Assembly: GCA_965230295.1 (NCBI GenBank)
Contig: OZ246001.1
Location: forward strand, 3,584,001 to 3,648,000
Length of the DNA: 64,000 nucleotides
DNA from: Marinicella sp.
GTDB lineage: Bacteria; Pseudomonadota; Gammaproteobacteria; Xanthomonadales; Marinicellaceae
Reading direction: 5' to 3'
The notes under the pieces are model-generated. The model searched no databases. It was not told the DNA's origin and was given only the letters and a program-made list of their open reading frames with translations. Shown piece after piece: positions 56,917 through 64,000 of the stretch (the first letter of the stretch is position 1; each line of letters opens with the position of its first letter). A program made the translations under genes and the position numbers.

Positions 56917-59649
56917 TTAGTTCATTCCAGGATTTTGAAAGGCGCCTTTGCTTTTTCTGATTTTAACCGCGACCACTTTGTATTCCGGGCACATGGCCTC
57001 ACTGTCATGTTCATCCGAAGTGAGGTTGTTGATCAACATGGCAGGGAAATGAAATGTGGTGCTCAAAACACCTGGTTTCACTTCATCGGTTATTTCAGCT
57101 TTGATGTCCACCTTACCCCGCGGAGAAGTGACACAAACCATGTCACCCTGGGTGATGCGGTTTTTATCGGCATCCTGCGGATTAATTAGCAAAAAGTCCT
57201 CATGTTGTAATGCCACATTACCTGTGCGTCGTGTCATGGTACCGCAGTTGTAATGTTCCAAGCTGCGATTGGTGGTCAGTATGTACGGGTAGTTTTCTCC
57301 ATGAGAGCGAATTTCATTACTTTCATTGAAATCATGAAACTCAAAAGTGCCGAGCCCTTTACTGAATTGATGCTCGTGAATCAAGGGGCTTTCTTGCCCG
57401 TATTTATCAACCGGCCATTGTTTCCCATCTTGACCAAGATCTGACCATCTAACGCCCGCGAAAAAGGGCACTATTTGAGCAACCTCATCCAGGACCCAGC
57501 TTGGATGATAATCTAGGTGTTGATAGCCCATTCGGTTCATGACATCAACAATAATTTGACCATCGGATCGACAGTTGGCAATGGGCTCAATGACTTCATT
57601 GACTCTTTGAATGCGTCTTTCACCGTTGGTAAATGTGCCGCTTTTTTCTAAGAATGAAGCACCTGGAAGAATCACATCTGCCATCTTGGCTGTTTCTGTC
57701 ATGAACAATTCTTGAACCACCAACAGTTCCAGGTTTTCTAAGGCTTTGATCACCTTTTGGGAATTGGGGTCGGTTTGAACCACGTCTTCGCCAATGATCC
57801 ACAATGCTTTTAATGCACCATCTATGGCTGCATTGAACATTTGTGGAATTTTAAAGCCAGGATCCAGCGGGGTGGGGCGGTCGTAAAAATCGCTGTAGAG
57901 TTGTTGGTTGTTTGGATCGTACATGGATAGGTATCCGGCACCTTGATGAGGTTGAGCACCCATGTCTGCAGCCCCTTGTACATTGTTTTGTCCTCTGAGT
58001 GGATTCACCCCCATACCGACTTGGCCTATGTTGCCAGTGAGCATGGCCAGTTCAGCAATTTGCATCACAGCATAGGTGCCTTGTGAATGTTCAGTCACGC
58101 CTAGACCATGAAAACTCATGGCCCTTTCAGCTTGTGCATATGTTTTGGCCGCCGCTTTGACTGCTGGTAAACTGACTCCAGTCAATTCACTCAGGTGATC
58201 CAGGTCCAGTTGCTCTAAATTGGCTTTGAATTCTGTAAAACCTTCTGTCCGGTTGTTGATGAATGAATCATCGGCCCAACCTTCTGAGACGATGAAATAC
58301 ATCATCATGTTCATCAAAGCCACATTGGTCCCAGGTCTTAAAGCCAAATGGTGGGTGGCATAACGGGCCAGTTCAGTTTTCCTTGGATCGATCACAATGC
58401 ATGGTTTTCCTTTCATTGCAAACTGTTTCAATTTAGCCCCGGTCACAGGATGACTTTCGGTTGGATTCGCTCCAATAACCAATATGCATTCCGTGTACTC
58501 AATATCAGCTATTGAATTGGTTGCTGCACCGGTACCAAAAGTCTTTTGCATACCCAGTGCAGTCGGTGAATGACAAACACGCGCACAACAGTCTATGTTA
58601 TTGGTCCCAATGACCGTTCTGATGAACTTTTGCATCAAGTAGTTTTCTTCATTGGTACAACGGGCAGATGATATGCCTGCGATACTGGTGGGTCCATGAC
58701 TATCTTTTAAACCATTCAATCGATCCACAATGAACTGATAAGCCTCATCCCAGCTGACCTCAACAAAACCTTCCTCTCGTTTGATCAAAGGGCTGCGCAG
58801 CCTATCTGGGTGGTTATAAAATTTAAAGGCATAGCGTCCTTTCAAACAGGTGTGGCCTTGGTTAACTGCTGCCTCTGATGCGGCCTGAATGCTGAGTATT
58901 TCATCACCACGTGTGGCCACTTCCAAATTACAGCCAACACCACAATAGGTGCAAATGGTTCGAGTCTTTTGGTGGCTTTGTACCGATTTGGATTGGAACA
59001 CATCAGAAATGGCTGAAGTAGGACAAGCTTGTGCACAAGCACCACAGCTGACACAGTCTGAATCAAAAAATGATTGGTCATCGCCTTTAATGATGTGGCT
59101 GTTGAAACCTCTGCCGGCCATACTGAGCACGAATTGGCCTTGCACTTCGTCACAGGCCCGCACACAACGGTAGCAGTTGATACATTTAGAAAAATCAGAA
59201 CGCATGTATGGGTGCGAATCGTCCTTGATTTGGTCCAGGTGGTTGGCGCCTTCAGGATACCTGACTTCAGACATGCCCAATTCAGCTGCAACAGTTTGCA
59301 GCTCACAGTTGTTATTGACCTCGCAGGTTAAGCAGTCTAAAGGGTGATCTGTGAGCACCAGCTCGACGATGTTTTTGCGCAATTTAATGATTGATGGACT
59401 GTCAGGAAAAATGTGCATTCCCTCGCTCACTGGTGTATGACAGGATGCGACCACACGACGATCACTGTGCTCATTGGCGGCCACTTCTACACTACACACA
59501 CGACAAGCACCAAAAGCTTCTAACTGTGGCAAGTCACACAGGGTGGGGATGGTTCTGTTGCTTAAGTGACGTTTAACAAAAGCCAATACTGTTTCGTCCG
59601 ATTTGTATTCAAGCGGCTTGCCATTGATGTATGCGATGGCTTGAGTCAT
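56917..59649 (-). CDS. fdhF: Formate dehydrogenase alpha subunit (Mo/W-bisPGD, Cys ligand) with N-terminal Fe-S domains
   Basis: IPTLC..GACRVC, HPLDCLTC, CINCYRCVRAC, CVSCGACAQAC, CTYCGVGC, CARVCH, PLRGQNNVQG, PEYK. Confidence 0.9.
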   Translation of the reverse strand: MTQAIAYINGKPLEYKSDETVLAFVKRHLSNRTIPTLCDLPQLEAFGACRVCSVEVAANEHSDRRVVASCHTPVSEGMHIFPDSPSIIKLRKNIVELVLTDHPLDCLTCEVNNNCELQTVAAELGMSEVRYPEGANHLDQIKDDSHPYMRSDFSKCINCYRCVRACDEVQGQFVLSMAGRGFNSHIIKGDDQSFFDSDCVSCGACAQACPTSAISDVFQSKSVQSHQKTRTICTYCGVGCNLEVATRGDEILSIQAASEAAVNQGHTCLKGRYAFKFYNHPDRLRSPLIKREEGFVEVSWDEAYQFIVDRLNGLKDSHGPTSIAGISSARCTNEENYLMQKFIRTVIGTNNIDCCARVCHSPTALGMQKTFGTGAATNSIADIEYTECILVIGANPTESHPVTGAKLKQFAMKGKPCIVIDPRKTELARYATHHLALRPGTNVALMNMMMYFIVSEGWADDSFINNRTEGFTEFKANLEQLDLDHLSELTGVSLPAVKAAAKTYAQAERAMSFHGLGVTEHSQGTYAVMQIAELAMLTGNIGQVGMGVNPLRGQNNVQGAADMGAQPHQGAGYLSMYDPNNQQLYSDFYDRPTPLDPGFKIPQMFNAAIDGALKALWIIGEDVVQTDPNSQKVIKALENLELLVVQELFMTETAKMADVILPGASFLEKSGTFTNGERRIQRVNEVIEPIANCRSDGQIIVDVMNRMGYQHLDYHPSWVLDEVAQIVPFFAGVRWSDLGQDGKQWPVDKYGQESPLIHEHQFSKGLGTFEFHDFNESNEIRSHGENYPYILTTNRSLEHYNCGTMTRRTGNVALQHEDFLLINPQDADKNRITQGDMVCVTSPRGKVDIKAEITDEVKPGVLSTTFHFPAMLINNLTSDEHDSEAMCPEYKVVAVKIRKSKGAFQNPGMN

Positions 59650-61295
59650 GACTCGCCTCCTGTGAAATGTGGCTTCAGCTCTGCCTTAAAATACTCAAGC
59701 GCATTGCGAACCGGTAGCGGTATACCACCACCGTGAGCGCACAATGAGGCATCGGTTAATGTGGTGAGTAAATCATCAAACAAACTAACATCTATCGGCA
59801 CGCCATCATTCATGGCCGCCGATAAAAGTTCTTCCGCCCGGCGTGTTCCTAAGCGACAAGGAAAACACTTGCCACAACTTTCATCAGCCGCAAACTTCAT
59901 CAAGTGATGTAAATAATCAATCATGGAAAAATCAGATGGAATACAAACCACAGAAGCATGACCCAACAAGAATCCATGTGCAGCAAAAGATTCAAAATCC
60001 ACCGTCAGTAGCTGACATTTGCTCATTGGTATTATGCCACCCAGCGGCCCTCCAATTTGTACCGCTTTGATGGACTGTTTGAACCCTTTTCCAAGATGCT
60101 CAAACACATCATTCAATGGGGTACCCATTGGCACTTCATAAATTCCTGGTCGGTTAAATGCTGAGTCCAAAGACAACAATTTGGTGCCACTGGAGTCAGC
60201 AGTGCCTATATGACTGTAGTATTCACCACCTTTGTTGATGATGACATAAAGACTGGCTAAGGTCTCCACATTGTTGACCACTGTGGGTTGGTTAAAGAGG
60301 CCTTGTTGGGTTGGGAAGGGGGGTCTAACCCTGACTTCAGGACGTTGTCCCTCTAGCGAATTAATCAAGGCGGTTTCTTCTCCACAAATGTATGCCCCTT
60401 GGGCACTGACCACTTTGAATTGAAAACCAGTGGACCGAACAAATGAATTGAACCAATCGGTTGCCGACCATTGGTCGATCACCTCTTGAATGATTTTTAT
60501 GGCTTTGGGGTACTCTCCCCGAATATACAAAATGCCCCATCGAGCACCCATCAAGTAAGCCGCAGCCGCCATACCAAACAAGACCATATGAGGTCGTTGT
60601 TCCAACAGAAAACGGTCTGAGTAGGCCCCTGGGTCACCTTCATCTGCGTTACAAATTAAATATTTTTCTGGTGCAGTCGTATCCCGGGCAGAACGCAATT
60701 TAAAGCCCATCGGAAAACCTGCACCACCGCGACCTCGAAGTCCTGATTGTTCAATATGTTTTAAGGAATCATTGGGTTCGGCAGACAGTAAACGGTTGAA
60801 GAGTAACTCCACCTCTCCGAGGCTCAGTTCACTGGCAGTTAAAACAGCAGGCCCAATGGCACTGACTGCGTAATCATCCTGATGCTCATGAGTTGCAGAT
60901 ATCTCAGCCGTTTGAGCAAACAAATCAGACAATTGCTCATCACCAAGGGCAGAGTATGTGTTGCCTTGATAATAAAATGAACTGTTCTCATGACAGTGTC
61001 CCAAACAAGTCATGTGACCAATGTCTTCAGGCGGAAAGTGTGTTTTTAATTGTTTGATTAAATTTGGTTGGGTACCTGCACAAAGACAAGCTGTACCGTT
61101 ACAAACATACACTTTTTTGCCTTGATTTTCAGGCTTTAAAAAATCATAAAAACTGGTGCTGCCCCTGACATTGGCTGACCCGATCAAAAACTCATTTGCG
61201 AGTTGATGACCCTTGACATCTGGTTCGCTCAAAGCTTCAAACAAATTTCGTTCCATGCCTTTGCGTCTTGAAAGTTCACTTAAATTTTTAGACAT
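59646..61295 (-). CDS. NuoF/FdsB-like flavoprotein subunit with fused NuoE-like 2Fe-2S N-terminus
   Basis: SFYDF..VCNGTAC, CLGHC; SGLRGRGGAGFP, CNADEGDPG, GAYICGEETAL, ESCGKCFPCR, SLCAHG. Confidence 0.88.
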   Translation of the reverse strand: MSKNLSELSRRKGMERNLFEALSEPDVKGHQLANEFLIGSANVRGSTSFYDFLKPENQGKKVYVCNGTACLCAGTQPNLIKQLKTHFPPEDIGHMTCLGHCHENSSFYYQGNTYSALGDEQLSDLFAQTAEISATHEHQDDYAVSAIGPAVLTASELSLGEVELLFNRLLSAEPNDSLKHIEQSGLRGRGGAGFPMGFKLRSARDTTAPEKYLICNADEGDPGAYSDRFLLEQRPHMVLFGMAAAAYLMGARWGILYIRGEYPKAIKIIQEVIDQWSATDWFNSFVRSTGFQFKVVSAQGAYICGEETALINSLEGQRPEVRVRPPFPTQQGLFNQPTVVNNVETLASLYVIINKGGEYYSHIGTADSSGTKLLSLDSAFNRPGIYEVPMGTPLNDVFEHLGKGFKQSIKAVQIGGPLGGIIPMSKCQLLTVDFESFAAHGFLLGHASVVCIPSDFSMIDYLHHLMKFAADESCGKCFPCRLGTRRAEELLSAAMNDGVPIDVSLFDDLLTTLTDASLCAHGGGIPLPVRNALEYFKAELKPHFTGGES

Positions 61296-61344
61296 GGTTA
61301 TGATATATTTGATATTTAATAAAAAAATTATATAGAAAATTCGG

Positions 61345-62148
61345 GTGGCTCACAACAAAACTCAACAGATTCAATGTCAGAAACAGGGGGGCAACCAGGT
61401 AGAAATGCACCCCGATTTTGTGGCGGTAGAATATCCCCTTGAAATCAGGGTAGGGCACTCGACAGATCAGTTTTTTACCTTATCAGTGACCTTGTGCACA
61501 CCAACAGATATTGATGCTTTTGTAACTGGCCACCTTTTTACGGAAGGCATCATTGAACAACACGACGCCATCCTCAGCATCGAAACATTTGATGATGAGT
61601 TTTGCTTGGTGGTTGAAGTGCTGTTGGCAGAATCAATTGACGTCAAACCACATTTGGCAACCAGGAAAAACATTTCACACCCCAGTTGTGGTGTTTGTGG
61701 CAGAACCGGATTTGATGACATGTTCAAATCTGCTTACCCAATCATACAAGCTCCACAGAAAGTGTTAACTGCTGAATTCATGATGAAGTTACCGCATGTG
61801 TTGAATGAACATCAAAAAGCTTTTAACAAAACTGGCGGCTTGCACGCCAGCGCCTTATTCAATGCTCAAGGTGAACTGCTGGCAGTATTTGAAGACGTGG
61901 GCCGTCACAATGCTCTGGATAAACTCATTGGGCATTCATTAGAAAAAGGATTGACTCCTCTTTCAGACCACATCATTTTACTCAGCGGGCGCATCAGCTT
62001 TGAACTGGTACACAAAGCACTGATGGCTGGTGTTTCAACATTGGCAGCTATTGGCGCGCCTTCCTCACTGAGCATAGAATTGGCCCAAGCCAATCGGTTG
62101 AATCTCATAGGTTTTGTCAGTGACAATGGCTACAATGTTTATCAGTAA
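61345..62148 (+). CDS. fdhD: Formate dehydrogenase sulfurtransferase FdhD
   Basis: VAVEYPLEI, SCGVCG, TGGLHAS, EDVGRHNALDKLIG, SGRISFELV, APSSL. Confidence 0.94.
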   Translation: MAHNKTQQIQCQKQGGNQVEMHPDFVAVEYPLEIRVGHSTDQFFTLSVTLCTPTDIDAFVTGHLFTEGIIEQHDAILSIETFDDEFCLVVEVLLAESIDVKPHLATRKNISHPSCGVCGRTGFDDMFKSAYPIIQAPQKVLTAEFMMKLPHVLNEHQKAFNKTGGLHASALFNAQGELLAVFEDVGRHNALDKLIGHSLEKGLTPLSDHIILLSGRISFELVHKALMAGVSTLAAIGAPSSLSIELAQANRLNLIGFVSDNGYNVYQ

Positions 62149-62251
62149 TCAACACGGTTCATCTCTCTAATCATTCGCCTCATCCCTTTATTCTTCAGTT
62201 GGAGCTTTCATATATGCTAGTATCATTTTAACTAACGGTGGATTAAAAATA

Positions 62252-63019
62252 ATGAAAATCAAACTCCTCATACTGTTGTTCAGTCTTCAAGTGAATGCAT
62301 CAAGTCAAACTGTAGCAACCAACACATCAGCTGGTTCAGAAGTCAAAACTGTCACTGCTGATGGAATTACTCTATTTGGACAAAAGTACTTTGGATCTCT
62401 CGATAATCAAGCGCCTTTGATATTGCTGTTTCACCAAGCAGGCTCTAATGGACGTGGTGAGTACAAAGCATTGATTCCATGGCTGAATAATTCTGGTTTC
62501 AGGACCATCGCATGGGATCTGAGATCTGGCAAGGCCCGATTTGATTTTGAAAACAGAACGGTCAATGCGTTCACAGAGGAAGTCAAATATTCATATTGTG
62601 AAGTGAGTCCAGACTTACAAGCTGCTCTTGATTATGTGTTGACAGAAAAGCTGGCTGATGAAGTGGTGGTGTGGGGCAGCTCATATTCAGCTGCTTTGGT
62701 ATTCAAACTGGCAGCTGACAACAAACAAACTGTTTCAGGTGTGGCGGCATTCTCTCCGGCCTCTGGTGGTCCTATGGAAGATTGTAGGGCAAGGATGTGG
62801 TTGGATGATGTCTCCCAACCAGTGGTTGTTTTTCGCCCCGAAAAGGAAATGGATTTAGATTCATCAAAAGAACAACGTGATATATTCATGGCTGCTGGCG
62901 CTTCTTTTCATGTTATTAAAAATGGTGTACATGGATCTTCCATGCTGGATGATTCACGCACTAAGAACAACATGAAAGAAACACGTATGATTGTTGAAAA
63001 GTGGATAAAAAGTCTCTGA
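62252..63019 (+). CDS. Secreted alpha/beta hydrolase (dienelactone hydrolase-like)
   Basis: Signal peptide; LLFHQAG, DLRSG, WGSSYSA nucleophile elbow, FSP, GVHGS. Confidence 0.82.
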   Translation: MKIKLLILLFSLQVNASSQTVATNTSAGSEVKTVTADGITLFGQKYFGSLDNQAPLILLFHQAGSNGRGEYKALIPWLNNSGFRTIAWDLRSGKARFDFENRTVNAFTEEVKYSYCEVSPDLQAALDYVLTEKLADEVVVWGSSYSAALVFKLAADNKQTVSGVAAFSPASGGPMEDCRARMWLDDVSQPVVVFRPEKEMDLDSSKEQRDIFMAAGASFHVIKNGVHGSSMLDDSRTKNNMKETRMIVEKWIKSL

Positions 63020-63024
63020 TTTAA

Positions 63025-63603
63025 TCACTTCAATGTTGCTAAAAGTAACCTTGCGGCTGATTTTGAATCAGATCTGATCTTGGTACCCTGTTTTAATGCA
63101 CTTAATGAATCCACATTGAAATAAAGTCCAGTGATACCAGTGGCCACCACCGATAAAGTGTTTTCATTGGTTTTGGGAAATTCTTGCTTCAATAAGTGTG
63201 TAATCAAACCAATGAACTCTGTTACCCACCGGTTCATGATCACAGCCAATTGGGGCCGATCAGTGGCAGCCAAGATCAAACCGCCAAAGACCAATATCAA
63301 TTGTTGGTCTGAATATCGAGAGTCAAATAACAGTTCAACCAAATGATTACCAATATCCTTTTGGGGCAGCATGTTGACCATTTCTTTTACCATCCAATCT
63401 GATTTAACGATCATCCTTTTTACCAATGCATCCAACAACAATTCTTTGTTGCCAATGTGATGCCTGATCAGTGGTCTGGCTAAACCTGCCGTTTCTGCAA
63501 TTTTTTCTAGCGTACTGCCCTCTACACCATACTTTGCAACACAACTTTCAAAAGCATCAAGGATTTGCTCTGTTCTTTGTTCTTTGTTTGACGGTCTGGC
63601 CAT
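63025..63603 (-). CDS. TetR/AcrR family regulator
   Basis: MARPS..EQRTEQILDAF..GSTLEKIAETAGLARPLIRHHIGNKE. Confidence 0.9.
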   Translation of the reverse strand: MARPSNKEQRTEQILDAFESCVAKYGVEGSTLEKIAETAGLARPLIRHHIGNKELLLDALVKRMIVKSDWMVKEMVNMLPQKDIGNHLVELLFDSRYSDQQLILVFGGLILAATDRPQLAVIMNRWVTEFIGLITHLLKQEFPKTNENTLSVVATGITGLYFNVDSLSALKQGTKIRSDSKSAARLLLATLK

Positions 63604-63618
63604 GGTATTTTATCAATC

Positions 63619-63647
63619 TTGACAAATAACAAAGTATACACTAAAAT
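63619..63647 (+). promoter_or_regulatory. Sigma70 promoter for the downstream operon, within an imperfect inverted repeat
   Basis: TTGACA-17 nt-TAAAAT; TGACAAATAA ... TTATTGTCA arms flank the -10. Confidence 0.65.
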
Positions 63648-63683
63648 TCATTTATTGTCATTTTTGATAATTAATAAATTAAG

Positions 63684-63952
63684 ATGAATATGAAATTAAA
63701 CAATCTAGCCCACAAACCATGGAAAAGTGTGACAGTTCTGGTGCTTATTTGGGTAACCATGTGGTATGAATGGTCGTGGATGTGGGCATGATCTTTATAC
63801 TCTGGTCAATAAGATCCATCAAAACAGGTGAAACATACTTGGTGGAAGACATCAGGGTGACAAAAAACCCCATCGTATTTTGGGCCATTATGTTGACCTG
63901 GTTATTGGTCAGTCTATATGTTATTTGGTACGACTTCAGTCATTTGCATTAG
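63684..63952 (+). pseudogene. Small Trp-rich membrane protein gene apparently split by a 1-nt frameshift
   Basis: ORF 63684-63791 (..WYEWSWMWA*) joins GMIFILWS.. in another frame if one G is added to GGG 63784-63786. Confidence 0.55.
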
Positions 63953-63961
63953 GAGTATATT

Positions 63962-64000
63962 ATGAAACAAAAGATGATTCATCATTTACCCGTGGACGCT
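63962..64000 (+). CDS. Start of a CDS (3' partial)
   Basis: SD AGGAG then ATG; MKQKMIHHLPVDA open to the window end. Confidence 0.5.
   Translation, partial: MKQKMIHHLPVDA

Noticed and set aside
56917-59649. Selenocysteine in FDH alpha (and in SelO)
   Set aside because: Both ORFs are uninterrupted with Cys at the relevant sites (CARVCH; TFCGT)

Overview
AT-rich (roughly 40-45% GC by eye) gammaproteobacterial chromosome segment. The secreted proteins ending in DLIxxDxxE/D and the GLWYNP-type domains suggest Marinicella or a related Xanthomonadales-like marine lineage (inference). Housekeeping genes: metJ, trpS, pepP, selO/ydiU, fabI, mfd, rpsF-rpsR-rplI, dnaB, alr. Also present: several peptidases/hydrolases, a TetR-RND efflux operon, a Cus-like metal efflux operon, a PTS-EIIC/EAL fusion, large secreted proteins and an NAD-linked formate dehydrogenase with fdhD. 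The main candidate for an undescribed system is at 18.15-21.03 kb. It has a 10-codon leader peptide with a complete attenuator switch, then rtcB, an uncharacterised GNAT-like protein, and a 55-aa basic ORF missing from the ORF track. That ORF contains an intrinsic terminator before its own stop codon, the non-stop-mRNA design of ArfA/BrfA-type ribosome rescue factors. Next to it is a periplasmic-TPR/TM/ChiS-type DNA-binding regulator with two small secreted orphan proteins. A modular non-coding repeat family occurs in three copies (30.2-30.8 kb and 47.7-48.3 kb). No rRNA, canonical tRNA, CRISPR array, transposase or prophage was seen. All calls come from motif recognition by eye; no database searches were run.
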